Assembly (NCBI RefSeq): GCF_006345805.1
Contig: NC_043002.1
Coordinates: 58,528,001 to 58,592,000, forward strand
From: Octopus sinensis
Lineage: Eukaryota
Reading direction: 5' to 3'
DNA length: 64,000 bases
Position 1 is the stretch's first letter. The number at the start of each line of letters is the position of its first letter. The translations under genes were made by a program, and so were the position numbers. The notes beneath the pieces are model-generated. The model was not told where the DNA came from and did not search any database. It was given only the letters and a program-made list of their open reading frames with translations. Shown piece by piece: positions 41,198-53,816 of this stretch.

Positions 41198-41483
41198 CAT
41201 TATCTACATTATTTACATTAGACGGATATGTGTCCTCATCTTGTTTGTTGTTAACACAACGTTTCGGCTGATTTACTCTCCAGTCTTCATCAGGTGTCCT
41301 GATGGAATTTTGAACCCAACCCTGGGTTCTCATTCCTAAGGAATTTTTTTGCTGGTGTTATTATCAGGACACCTGATGAAGGCTGGAGGTTAATCAGCTG
41401 AAACACAAGATGAGGACACGTATCCGTCCAATGTAAATAATGTAAATAATACACAGAATTCCTCTTCTCTAAAATGTAGAACG
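41198..41483. mobile_element. Palindromic Penelope/retrozyme-like element with hammerhead cores
   Basis: Inverted arms at about 41198-41303 / 41363-41450; 13-bp direct repeat GTGAAATACAGTT at 41185-41197 and 41484-41496. Confidence 0.8.
41253..41298 (-). ncRNA. Minimal type I hammerhead ribozyme motif
   Basis: The minus strand reads GACAC-CTGATGA-A-GACTG-GAGAGTAAAT-CAGCC-GAAAC-GTT-GTGTT. It has both conserved cores, stem I GACAC/GUGUU, stem II with one mismatch, a palindromic ACGU stem III and a GUU cleavage triplet. Confidence 0.65.
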
Positions 41484-43504
41484 GTGAAATACAGTTGGTT
41501 TGAATTTGCTTCAGAAAGCGGTCTATGTTTGTAATGGTTAGTTGGGGTAAGGGCGCTAGGAATGTGGCCTGAGAGTAAAGGGGGCGGCAACCCGAAAATC
41601 TTGGGAACCACTGAGTAAGCAATCAGTCAATTTTTACTTGAGCGAGGGCTACGAGCTGGCAGAATCGTAAGCACGCCGAGCAAAATGCTTAACGGCATTT
41701 CGTCCGCCTTTATGTTCTGAGTTCAAAGCCCTCCGAGGTCGACCCATCCACCGGGGTCGATAAAATAAGTATCACTTGCCCCTGAAATTGCAGGCCTTGT
41801 ACCAAAATTTGAAATTAATATTTACTTGTAGCGGGTGTTTATAAACACAAGATACGCATAGATACGGACTGACACGATTCGGGACCGAAAACAGGATTAG
41901 AACTACTTTTATTTCATTTATCTCACTAATGGAATTTGGAAAGCCATGGAAATCACAACATTCTAAATGATACCCTAAATTCTAGTGTTTTGTCGCTGTA
42001 AAATAAAAACGAAAAATTTCTAAATTAAAAAAAAAAAACAAGGAGAGAGAAACCAATATTTATTTTATTAATACACGCACTTAAAATAGCTGTGTGCGGG
42101 CCATCGAAGAATAAAACCGAACGTTTACCTTGGCGTGTTGTTAAAAAAAGCGACTAAAGGACGCTAAGGTCGGATTTGCGCTCTGACCTGAGTGCTGCAG
42201 AGGCGACATCTACTAGGGGTAGTAGGGAATCACCAGCAAATGGTGGATGCAGCAACGCGCTGTTACAGAGCATGCCCTCATACTACTACTACTACTACTA
42301 ATGCTGCTGCTACTGCTACTGCTGCTGTTGATGACGATGATGCTAAAAACAGCTGGTTAGCTGGCTTCCATGACCTATAAGCGACCGAGATCAAAACATT
42401 TCCCTTGCCATTCAGGCGCAGGGTTTACTCATTTAACAGATGAGTGAACTGAAGCATGGACTGAATGGAGTGTTTTGCTCAAGAACCATTTTCATCAGGT
42501 TCAATATTTTCGCTCCGGACTCATAGAACGGTTTGCGATTTGAGGCAAACTGAAACCCTTCGGATTAATAATCCGACAACGTGACACCTGGGGCAGTTGC
42601 GACCATCACGTTGTCTGTCATTACTTCCCAACCACATGGTTCTGGGTTCAGTCCCACTGCGTGGCAACTTGGGCAAGTGTCTTCTACTATAGCCTCGGGT
42701 TGACCAAAGCCTTGTGAGTGGATTTGGTAGACGGAAACTGAAAGATGCCTGTCGTTAGGCGCGAGCGTGGCTGTGTGGTAAGAAACAAGTATGTTTTTTA
42801 CTTCTGTTTTGAAATGCCATGTAGATTTTTTTAAAGACTTCAGCGAGACCACCTTCATGAAATGTCGCAATATAGAATGTGGTCCTCTTGGGCGCAGGAC
42901 CTCCATCGGGCCAATCGTCTTAAGGCAGTCAGCTACCCTATCCTAACCGTTATCACTCCCCAATGTAGGATTCTTTCCCAATACAGGTGACCGGCACAGC
43001 CGTAAGATCCATTACGGATCTATAGCAATTGGAAGGGCGTGACCCAACTCAAATGAACATTAAGAACTGTGTGACGTGAGGTCTAGGGGAAATGAAAGTG
43101 TCACCTCTGGAGTTTGCCAATGGTCACTATGCCGATAGGTAATTGAACAAAATAAATTTGCAATCTATAAATCTATTTGAATGACCAATCACTTATCTGG
43201 AAAGGTCTGGAAATCAATTTTACCATCTGGAGACTATCTCTGACCCAGTGATAATAAAAAGACTCAAAGGAGGTAACTAAATAACTTTACTCAAAAGAAC
43301 ACTTTGCAGCTGAATCAGTGGAGGCAAAGATGCTTCTCCTTGACTTGGCAATTTATGCACCACATTGCAGGAATCACAATTTAAGTATATCTCAAAGCAA
43401 ACCCTTACACTCTTGTAGCATTGAATTGCAAATAACGCTCATCTTGTATCCTCGGGGGACTCAACAGCTTCCAAGACTACAATTGCATTCGTCTTGGCTT
43501 AGGA

Positions 43505-44320
43505 AAAACGACTAAATTGTGGGGGTTAAGTCCCCATTAAGGGGTTTTACTAACCTCCTAAGAAGTTGAAATTTTAGGAATATTCCTTCATTTGTGTCTA
43601 ATATCTATGGTTAAAATTTCGTCAACAGCAAAACTATATGAATTTTCATGGAGGTTATGAAACCTTTTATGCCCACCTCACTTTCAAACATATACTGCAT
43701 TACATCTGTCCTTATGCATAGAATATAATTTCCAAATTTTATAAAGATCAATTCAGTGTGTTTGACCTTGTTTTGGATCATAAAAGTGACTAAAATTTGG
43801 GAGTTAAGACCCCCATTAAGGGGTCTTAGAATCCTCATTAGAAGTGAAAACTTTGGAAATACTTCTTGATTTGTGTCAATTACATCGGAAATTTATGAAT
43901 TTTCATGGGGAAGGCGTTCTGCCCCCTTTAAACCCACCCCACCCCCAAAATCAGACCAAACATATTACATTATACCCGCCTTTATGCATTGAATCGAAGT
44001 TCCAAATATCATAAGGATTCATTCAATAATTTTTGTCCATGAAAAATCGCTAAAATATGGGGGTTAAGCCTCCATTAAGGATCTCAGAATTATTTTTAAA
44101 AAAATGGAAATTTGGGGTATATTTTAAAATTTATTTGGCTCAAATTTCATCAAAATCCGAAGTTCATGCCCCCTCAAAATTGTATGAAACATACGGCATT
44201 ACCCTTCTCTCTAATCTTGGATTTTGCGTTATAAATTTCATTAGGATCGGTCCAGTAGTTTTCGAGTCTATGAGTAACACACGAACACACGAACACACAC
44301 ACGTTGACTTTATATCATAA
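43505..44320 (-). mobile_element. Non-autonomous Helitron-like element with ~270-bp internal tandem subrepeats
   Basis: The minus-strand start ATATAAAGTCAACGTGTGTG...AACTACTGGACCGATCCTAATGAAATTT is typical of rolling-circle non-autonomous elements. GGG.GTTAAG.C.CCATTAAGG recurs near 43520, 43798 and 44058. The 3' CTAG end was not found. Confidence 0.55.
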
Positions 44321-44343
44321 TTATTATTATTATTATTATTATT

Positions 44344-44379
<36 letters not shown>

Positions 44380-45286
44380 TCCCCATCACCGCTTGACAAC
44401 CAGTGTTAGTGTGTTTACGTCTCTGCAACTTAGCTGTTCGGCAAAAGCAACCGATAGAATAAGTACCAGTTTTTTTTTTTAAATAAGTACTAGGGTCAAT
44501 TCATTCGACTCAAATCCTAATGAATAGAATAGAAAAAAACGTAGGCCTAGATATATATCAACTGCCTGAAAAGGCAAAAAAAAAACCAAGCTGGGATGGT
44601 CTCCATTAGAACATTTTTTAATTACATGTCTGCTCAATTATGTCGTGGGACGAAGCGACAACTTCTCGTCCCAACATATTGACTTTTCAACTCTGACACT
44701 ATGTCAAGTGCAAGTGGTGGTGGTATGGGAGTGATGGTGGTGGCATTAGTCCTGTTGGTGGTGGTGGTGGTGGTGGTGGTGGTGGTGGTGGTAGTTGTGT
44801 TGATGTTGTGATGTATATTTTTCTGCTTGAATATATCACGGGCTGGAAGTGGGGGAGCGGTGCTCCATGATCAGTGTCATAAACTAGAATCGTCATATAA
44901 TGGAGAGTAGATCGTTTCTCATCTCCAGATTCAGTGACGATGAGTTAACATGGCATAAATCGTCTCTTCACCGTTCTAAAACACGCTAATTTACTGGTAA
45001 CAACCGACCTTATTTACTGGTAACTTCTTGTCTGTTACGAGTAGCTACTGGTCTATTACAAGTTAATTTACAGGTAACTGATTGTCTGTAATTGGTGGTA
45101 TGTTGTAGGTAACTACATCAATGTGTGAAAAACTGCCCTTATGATCGAAAACCAAAGAAGATGCTCGTTAATTCTATAGAGTAGACGATACAGCAATGAG
45201 TTCTATCGCATTGTCTTCCATTATAAATTTACAGCTTAGCGAACTCAGCGGTTGTGTGTCATGGCTAAGGATACAATGCAATCCAT

Positions 45287-45432
45287 CAGTAGCGTAATTC
45301 GGGCGACAAGCGGCGAACGGTGCGGCCCGCCTCGGGTAACTCTTTTAAACCTGTTTAGTTTTGGGGAGCCAGTGTGGGAGTGGGTAAGGTCAAGGACTTC
45401 CCTGGGCGGCACAGATTCTAGTTATGCCACTG
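45287..45432. mobile_element. Possible small hAT-like MITE
   Basis: Imperfect ends CAGTAGCGTAATT / AGTTATGCCACTG with a GC-rich interior; no TSD. Confidence 0.35.
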
Positions 45433-46447
45433 GTCACCAGTGATAAAACACAAAAATCGTCAACCGCCTCTTTTACTTTTAAAAACTGGCTTTCCGTCGG
45501 TTTCGACGATGAATGCTCCAGCTCAGTTTGTACGTGAAATTAACGTGTTAGTGGCTGAGTACTCCACAGACACACATACCCTTAGAGTAGTCGTCAGGGA
45601 GATTCTGCCTGATACAGAATGGGACAAGACTGGCCCTTTTTTTTAAATACAGGTACCATTCATTTCACCCAGCTGAGTGGGCCTGGAGCGATGTGGAATA
45701 TAGTATCTTACTTAAGAACACAACGTGTCGCCGGGAATCGAACTGATGACTTACAGATCTTGAGCTGAATGTCCTAACTCCTGAGCCATGCGACTTCATT
45801 CCGTTATTTCTGCAATACTATCGAGTCGGTCAACCACCATCGTTGGCTGTCTTCATATAAAAGGATAGCCCGGCCTAGATAATGTCAGTGTGTGTGTGTG
45901 TGTTTGGGGCTGAGAGAAGTGTCAAGAAGTTGTATTGGTGTCTAACGTAATTTCCACAGCCATTTAATTGAATTCCGGATGAGGAAACTAGATTTCAAGT
46001 TTAAGAGAAAGTATAAAAAAAAAAAAAAAAAAAAGGAGGAAATAATAACAAAATATATATATAAAAAAAAAAAGAAGTTAGATTTGTTGATTCGGTACAA
46101 ATTAATTTTTAGAACATTCCGGAAAGAACGAAAGAAAAGAAAAACTTGAAATATGGAAAAAGAAAAAAAGAGAAACAATGGAAAAAGGCTGAACAGAAAT
46201 AAAACAAAAATTTTATTTTTGAGGATGATATTAACAAAAGAGGGTCATTGACAAAAGACCCACGTAATCAAGTAGGCAAAAACGTGGGTGGGGGTGAGAG
46301 AGAGAGTATGTGATAGAGTGTGTATGTGTGTGTAAGAGAGGAGGAGAGAGGGACAGAAAGAGTGTGTGTGCGATTGAGAGAGTGAGTGTGTGTGTGTGTG
46401 TGAGGGAGAAAGAAAGAGAAAGAGAGAGTGTGTTGGTGAGTTTGTGT

Positions 46448-46478
<31 letters not shown>

Positions 46479-46974
46479 ACGGAGAGAAAGTGTGTGCATA
46501 TGTGAAAGTGTGTGTATGTGCACGCACGCGCGTATGAGAGAGAGGGAGAAACAGAGAGAGAGGGAGAAACAGAGAGAGAGAGGGAGAAACAGAGAGAGAG
46601 GGAGAGAATTTGTGTGGGAAAGTGAGATGGAGAGGAAGAAAAAAAATAAAGAGCGTGTGTGTGTATGCGTGTTTGTGTGTGTATACGTGTGTATTTGACC
46701 ATGGGAGTGTGTGTGAAACTAATTTTGAGAAAGAGAGAGAGAGAGAGAGTGTGTGTGTGTATGTGTACACGATTCTGCGTGGGAGTGAGTGGAAGAGAGA
46801 CGTGACCATGTTTAAGGATAGTCACGAGAATTAATAGGAATAAGTTACGGTGGGCGTCTGTGTCGTCTGACTGAATCAAATTTGAAACAAATATGTAAAT
46901 GAATAAATTAACGCAAACAATTTGAATAAATTATGGGTTGTTTCAGATTGAAAACCCTTCTATTCGCAGCTTAT

Positions 46975-47227
46975 TCTTCTATTCGTTTACTTGTTTCAGT
47001 CTTTGGACTGCGACCATGCTGGAGCGCTACCCTGATGGATTTTAGTCGAATGAATCAATCCAAGTGCTTGTGTTTTTTTTTCTTTTTTTTTTTTTTTTAC
47101 TTTTAAGTTTGGTACTTGTTCTATCGGTTGTCGTTTACCGAACCGCTAACGTTACTAAGACATAAACATACGAACTCCGGTTGTCAAGCGGCGGTGAGGA
47201 GCAAATACAAACACAGAGACTCCACCC

Positions 47228-47266
<39 letters not shown>

Positions 47267-47535
47267 GATAAATACGACGGGCTTCTTTCAGTTTCCATCT
47301 ACCAAATTCACTCATCAGGATTTAGTCGTCCCGAGGCTGTTGTAGAAGGTACTTACCCAAGCTGCCACGTAGCGGGATGAGATGCGTTACTGGAAAACAA
47401 AGTTCTTAACGGTTCTGGGTTCAGTCCCGCTGTGTGTCACCTTAGGCATATGTCTTCTACTACAGCCTCGGGACGACTGAAGCCTTGTGAGTGGATTTAG
47501 TAGACGTAAACTGAAAGAACCCCGTCGTATATATG

Positions 47536-47580
<45 letters not shown>

Positions 47581-47800
47581 TATATATAATATATATATAT
47601 TCTTTTACTTATTTCAGTCACCTGACTGCGGTTATGATGGAGCACAGGCTTTAGTCAAAGAAATCGGTCCCAGGACTCATTCTTTGTAAGTCTACTACTT
47701 ATTCTATCGGTCCCTTTTACCATACCTCCTGGTTACAGGGACGTAAACACACCAACAACGGTTTCAAGCGATGTTGGGGGGGGGGAGACAAACACAAACA
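46975..47800. mobile_element. Cluster of SINE family B copies and fragments in both orientations
   Basis: A minus copy at 46975-47410, a plus head at 47410-47530 and a minus tail at 47600-47800. Confidence 0.8.
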
Positions 47801-47890
47801 CTCAAATACATACGTGCATACATACATACATACATACATACGTACATACATATATACATACGTACATACGTACATACATACATACATACA

Positions 47891-47970
<80 letters not shown>

Positions 47971-47975
<5 letters not shown>

Positions 47976-48150
47976 TTTATCAAAAGCAGTAAAAATATCA
48001 CAAAAACCGTTACTCGTTTCCCGTTCCCGTGAAACTTTGAGTAACAGTTTTTGTGATATTTTGTTGCCTTTTAATAAAGCATATTATACTACCTGTGGTA
48101 TTCGAGTACTATTTTTTCCACCTTACTTCGCATTTATGTACTTACTCTGG
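47971..48150. repeat. Imperfect palindrome with one-sided extension (Penelope-like architecture)
   Basis: Arms at 47971-48015 / 48039-48083 with inner GTTTC...GAAAC and an unpaired extension to about 48150. Confidence 0.6.
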
Positions 48151-48156
48151 TATATA

Positions 48157-49020
48157 CAGGGTGTCCATAAAGTCTCTTTACAATTTTAAAATTTTACTAC
48201 AAAGGCAGTTGACAAGATATCTTAACCGGATTTGCTTTATTGTAATAATTGCTTATTAAAGTTTTTTCAACTTTTATTTAATAGACCTCAATATGGGCAC
48301 CATTAGTTGCGCGAAGCACATCAAGGTGGTACTCGATTTCTTGCCATGTTCGCTGTAGGATAGCCTCATCAACGGTAGCAATGGCATTACGAATTTTTTG
48401 CTTCAAGTCAGCAATCTTTGTTTGATACACGATATCTTTTACATAACCCCATAAAAAGAAGTCCAAGGGAGTGATATCTGGCGAACGCAGTGGCCATGGA
48501 ATTGGCCCATCCCTTCCAATCCATCAGTCTGGAAATGTTTGACTGAGGAAATGTCGAACATACCGTCCCTAATGTGGTGGTGCAATGATGGTTGGTTGTA
48601 AATCAATCAGTTGTGGTGCCACATATTCGGTCAGACGGTCGAGGAAAACATCTGCAGTAATTGTTGCCTCGTTGAAGAAAAATAGACTAATCATTCGATT
48701 GCACATGATTCCACACCACACATTCACTTTTGGACTATCCCGCTGAAGCTCCCTAGTCACATGGGGGTGTTCTGATTCCCAGATTCTCACGTTGTGTCTG
48801 TTTAATTTCCCCCAAAACATGAAAAGTCGCCTCGTCACTAAAACAAACTCGCTTGAAGAATACTTCATCCTCATTTTATAGGGGTTCAGTGAATCAGTGC
48901 CCTTCCATCAACAGAGTATCTGAAACACAAAAATTTAATATCAATAAAAAAATTAATTATCTCATCAACTGCCGTTGTAATAATTTTTTTAAATTGTAAA
49001 GAGACTTTATGGACACCCTG
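48157..49020 (-). mobile_element. Tc1/mariner-superfamily transposon (rosa/maT-like), N-terminally deleted
   Basis: Perfect 30-bp TIRs CAGGGTGTCCATAAAGTCTCTTTACAATTT (imperfect to about 63 bp) with TA on both sides. Peptide remnants: DEATFH, NRHNVRIW, KVNVWCG, APPH, WIGRDGPIPWPLRSPDITPLDFFLWGYVKDIVY...NGAHIEVY*. Confidence 0.93.
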
Positions 49021-49087
<67 letters not shown>

Positions 49088-49091
<4 letters not shown>

Positions 49092-49389
49092 GACCGTGAC
49101 CGTGACCGACCAGGCTATCAGATGTTGCTACACATCGCTGGTCACAATACGCTTCGCATTGTTTTAGCCTTCAAATGATGCCACCCCGCTGGCTAAGCGA
49201 GCAGGCCAACAGAAGAAAGAGTGAGAGAAAGTTGTGGCGGAAGAGTAAAGCAGGGATCACCACCGCTCCCTGCCGGAGGCTCGTGGAGCTTTGGGTGTTT
49301 TCGCTCAATAAACACTCACAACGCCCGGTCTGGGAATCGAAACCGCGATCCTACAACCGCAAGTCCGCTGCCCTAACCACTGGGCCATT
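49088..49389 (-). mobile_element. SINE family C (tRNA-like head, tail ending ...CTGATAGCCTGGTCGGTCAC(GGTCAC)n)
   Basis: Same head as 19037-19425 but a different tail. Sister copies are at 53165-53472 and (tail only) 12222-12350. Confidence 0.9.
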
Positions 49390-50645
49390 ATTCATTGCGT
49401 TTTTAAATTTTGGAATCTTTTTTTGGGTGGGGGGGGGAGAATTCTATTTTTGAATTATTTTGGAATCTATTTTTTTTTTTTTTTTGTTTTCCTAGTTAAT
49501 TTTAGTTAATTTTTGTTTATTTTCATATTGAAATGGAATGTCAAGTTAAGAAAAACGAGCACTTTCGACACCTCCTTTGTGCTTTTAATCAAGGTTCTAA
49601 GGCCGCAAAAGCTGCTCGTGACATTTGTGCTGTGTATGGAGAGGATGTCATAGCTCCTGATTGGTATGCCAAGTTCAAAAATGGAAATTTTGACCTCAAA
49701 GACGCACCTCGTTCTGGCCGTCTAGTTGAGTTCGATGAAGAGCGATTAAAGTAAATTTTGCACGAAAATTCTCGTCAAACGACAAGGGAACTGGCAGAGA
49801 AAATGGAATGCACCCATACTGCTATAGAGAAGCATCTTCACTCGATGGGAAAGGTTCAGAAGTATGGAGCATGGGTTCCGCAAGCTTTAAGTGACAACAA
49901 CAAAAATCAACGAGCCACAATCTTCGCTGGTTTGCTTGCTCTTCACTGCTCAACTCATGGACACAAGCAACGATCTCTTTACCGAATCATTACTGGCAAC
50001 GAAAAATGGTGCCTGTACATCAATATGAAGCAGCGTAAGGAATGGCTTAGCCTCGCTAAACAAGTTGAAACCGCGCGTGAAACAAGATCTTAATCAGCGT
50101 AAAACGATGTTGTGCGTATGGTGGGACTGGGACGGGATTATCCATTACAAATTGCTTGAACGGAACCAAATGTTCAACGTGGAACTCTATGTTCAACAGA
50201 TGGAACGACTCAACACGGCTATTCAAGAGAAAAGATCTAATCGGTAGCATGGAGTTCTGCTGCACGACAACGCTCGCTCTTTATATCGCCAATGTGACCA
50301 AGGAAGCCATTCAAACGCATGGCTGGGAAGTGTTGCCACACCCGCCGTACTCTCCTGATTTGGCACTAACAGATTTCCTCCTTTTTTGATATATTTCAAA
50401 TGCTATGCGTAGAGTTTCGTTCAATACTGATGCAGAATTGAGAGCTTGGTTGGATCAATTTTTCGAGTCGAAATCGAGTGATTTCTACCAACGAGGTATT
50501 GAAATTCTTGTTGAACGTTCGGAAGAAGTTGTAAACAGCAAGGCTGAATACATTATTGATTAATTAGTTACTATATTTTATTAAAGCTTAAAAAAAGTTT
50601 TAATCTAAAAAAAAAAACGGCGGGAACTTAGTTGCCAGCCCAATA
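49390..50645 (+). mobile_element. Mariner transposon; transposase pseudogene 49533-50563
   Basis: MECQVKKNEHFRHLL...RSGR...WVPQAL...ITGNEKW...CVWWDWDG...HDNAR...HPPYSPDLALTDF...EYIID* with stops and frameshifts. The right TIR CGGCGGGAACTTAGTTGCCAGCCCAA is followed by TA; the left TIR is absent. Confidence 0.95.
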
Positions 50646-50894
50646 TATACTACGTGTTTCATTCAGTTTCCGTCTACCAAATCCACTCACAAGGCTTTGG
50701 TCGCCCCGAGGCTATAGTAGAAGACACTTGCCCAAGTTGCCACGTAGTGGGGCTGAATAGGAACCATGTGGTTTGTAAGCAAGTTTCTCACCACACATAT
50801 AAAATTTTTAAAAAAACAACAGAAAATAAAGAAGTTTTGATGAACAACAATTGATTTACATCAATTATTTTTTAATTCAATACAAATAGACTAC

Positions 50895-50962
<68 letters not shown>

Positions 50963-50978
50963 TATATATATGTATATA

Positions 50979-51050
<72 letters not shown>

Positions 51051-51494
51051 GTATGTATGTATGTATGTATACATGGTGGGCTGTGTGGAAAAACGGGTAT
51101 TTTTCTGTTCGAAAACCAATGGAATACACAATGCAGTTTTGAGAGCATTTGTGGTTTCATGTTGTGTTTGCAGGGTAGGGGTGGTTATGCTTAAGGTGTG
51201 TATTTCTGAGGATTCGATTATGCGTGGGTGAGTGAATTAAGGTATGTCTGTTTGTGTGTATGTACATCTGTGTGTTATATGTGGGCTGGTGCATTTGTGC
51301 GCGCGCGCGCTTGTGTGTGTATATGCATGTGATTTGAGTGCGGGCGTGTGTGTTGGTGTGTGTGTGCGTGCATGTGCCTGTGTGTGACTGTGTGTGCGTG
51401 TGCATGCGTGGGTTTGGGCGCGCGTTGTATAGACGGAAAGAGAAACGTGGGTATGTTTTGATATATATATATGTAATGAAGGCAAGAAATGAGC

Positions 51495-51531
<37 letters not shown>

Positions 51532-51718
51532 CTCACATACATGCAGAAGATTTCATAAAGAGATTTCGCAAGGCGGAACGAGATTGCTTTCGGGTCCCAA
51601 CTGGGAAGGCGGTGGTGTCTCTCCTCACCCCGTTAGAAATTCACAGGGCATTTCCTTAGATCCCAGAAACCCGGCGTGATGTACTGGTTGAACAGCCCTT
51701 TCATAGGCCCTGGTTCCA

Positions 51719-51767
<49 letters not shown>

Positions 51768-51774
51768 CACGTAT

Positions 51775-52705
51775 GTATGTCATTGTTCAGTTTTATTTCG
51801 ATTTCTTACCAATAGAGAAAGAACCGGTCTCTAACCTAGATTCAAAGCTCCTTCATTGGAATTTCAACATCAACAACAGGGTATTTTTGTCTGTATGTAT
51901 GTATGTATGTATATGTGCAGATTTGTATGTTTTGCTTTATGTATGTATTCTCATGCATAAAGTTGCATATCTAGACATGCACATATATATTTAAATGACA
52001 AACTGGTAAGTTTTACAAATTTTTACAGTTCCAGTGATGGATTGGATCTGTAGTCTTCGAATTAGCTTTCTACTTTCTGGTTTTGAGAAGCCTAATTTCT
52101 CAAGATTGGTATTTAGGCTGTGTATTACATATCCCAGGGCCGCAATAATTACAGGTATAAACCTGAACTTGTAATCTGGATAGAGTAATTGCAGGTTTCT
52201 CAATAGTTCAGTATAGGTGTTCTCATTTTCACTGCTCTTCTGCTTTATGTTAACATCCGCTGGGCAGCTAATTTCAACATCTGTGCACAGTTTCTCTTCT
52301 CTATCCCAAATCATTATATCAGGTCTGTTGTGCCTACATTTTATTGAGGTCTTCACTGTAATATTCTACCAGCATTCTTTTTTTTTTATTATGAGTGGCT
52401 ATGACGTCTACTATACTGTGGATTCTTATTTCTTTGTCCTCGGGGTTATCCTTCCGACGGATTTTATTATAGAGTGTCCTAGCTACGACATTATGTCTCA
52501 TCGGTAGATAATACTGTGATGACATTTTCGGACAACTGCTTATGATGTGGGTAATATCTTCAGTGTGAACTCCACAATGTCTGCATCGGTTGTCCCATTT
52601 TACGGCTTTTCCTGCGTCTCTATTCCTTTTGTGCATCAGGTAACTGGTTGATATTTCCTGTTCCTGGATTGCAAACGCATACCTTTCAAAGTGGGACGTA
52701 GTGAC
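51775..52705 (-). pseudogene. 3' part of RLE-clade non-LTR retrotransposon (CCHC knuckle + RLE) with 3' UTR
   Basis: AIQEQEI...CRHCGVHTEDITHIISSC...RHNVVA...HNRPDIMIWD...VEISCPAD...PVIIAALG...ITGTVKICK; ends in (CATA)n. Confidence 0.92.
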
Positions 52706-53164
52706 CCGTGCTCATATAGGCTCATCCTTTCAGCTGATGATACGTCGCGTTAGAGTTGTGTGACATCTTTGGTCATGCATTCTAGGTTATCAGACAAAGA
52801 ATGTTGATGAACAAATGATAGAAAATGGAATTCATTACAATTGTTTCGACACATTTTTACATCTGGTGTATATTGGTGAGATGTTGTGTAATCATTATCT
52901 TACATCAAAGGTGTAAAATGCGCCTCCTCAGGTGATTCCTTTAAAGACGTTCTTCGTTAGATTCCCTCACCATTTCTATCGTTTATCAAATTATATAAAC
53001 TCTACGATTACTATAGAATTCCTGAGGTATATCCAGTAGCAGGAGCATTTCCGCTGTATGATAACGTCAGATGGCCAATGACTGTGGATGAGCTTTGCAT
53101 AACAATCTACAAGGTTTTTACCCGAATTTTACTTACCTACACACACACACACACACACACATAT

Positions 53165-53472
53165 CACCGTGATCACCGTGACCGACCAGGCTATCAGATG
53201 TTGCTACACATCGCTGGTCACAGTGCGCTTCGCATTGTTTTAGCCATCAAGTGACGCCACCCCGCTCGCTAAGTGAGCAGGCCAACAGAAGAAAGAGTGA
53301 GAGAAAGTTGTGGCGAAAGAGTACAGCAGGGATCGTCACCACCCACTGCCGGAGCCTCGTAGTGCTTTATGTGTTTTCGCTCAATAAACACGCACAATGC
53401 CCGGTCTGGGAATCGAAACCGCGATCCTACGACCGCGAGTCCGCCGCCCTAACCACCGAGCCATTGTGCATC
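53165..53472 (-). mobile_element. SINE family C
   Basis: Collinear with 49088-49389. Confidence 0.9.
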
Positions 53473-53604
53473 CACACACGCACACACACATATATTTGTC
53501 ACTGCACACCTTTCACAGTTTGTAGATCCTTATTTCTTTTAGCCTTTCCTAGGAGGCTGTCTGTGGCACTGAAGCAATCTGTCTTTTGCTTATGGTTGTG
53601 TTGG

Positions 53605-53700
53605 AATGTTTAAGCTCCACTGTTAGTTTGATATTATGTGGAAACCATAATTGGGAGCAGTAGTCCAGACTACAAAGAACAAAAGTTTTCCATTGGACAC
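53605..53700 (-). pseudogene. CR1/L2-like LINE RT C-terminal fragment
   Basis: WKTFVLCSLDYCSQLWFPHNIKLTVELK resembles the LDYCSxxWxP motif. Confidence 0.65.
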
Positions 53701-53719
53701 CCACCCAAAATATATATTT

Positions 53720-53739
53720 AAAAAAAAAAAAAAAAAAAA
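53720..53739 (-). terminator. Pol III oligo-T terminator of tRNA-Gly
   Basis: A run of about 20 T on the minus strand begins 6 nt after the tRNA 3' end. Confidence 0.8.
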
Positions 53740-53745
53740 GCGATG

Positions 53746-53816
53746 TGCATCGGCCGGGAATCGAACCCGGGCCGCCCGCGTGGCAGGCGAGCATTCTACC
53801 ACTGAACCACCGATGC
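53746..53816 (-). tRNA. tRNA-Gly(GCC)
   Basis: The reverse complement GCATCGGTGGTTCAGTGGTAGAATGCTCGCCTGCCACGCGGGCGGCCCGGGTTCGATTCCCGGCCGATGCA is 71 nt with a full cloverleaf, GCC anticodon and intact A/B boxes. Confidence 0.96.

Larger units (their letters stand above)
41041..41613. mobile_element. hAT (Charlie-type) MITE interrupted by a palindromic insertion
   Basis: Ends TAGTGGTTCCCAA / TTGGGAACCACTG; no TSD preserved. Confidence 0.65.

Noticed and set aside
41915-41965. Minus-strand FHGFPNS resembling the Lgl HGFP motif
   Set aside because: It lies upstream of the first coding exon, has a stop shortly after, and the flanking residues do not match.
44699-44970. Pro-rich minus-strand ORF near a possible acceptor
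   Set aside because: The poly-Pro comes from a (GGT)n tract, frames from the acceptor close quickly, and no homology was recognised.
44988-45080. TTTAC(T/A)GGTAAC repeated three times, CRISPR-like spacing
   Set aside because: The repeats are only 12 bp with irregular spacers, no cas genes are present, and the context is eukaryotic.
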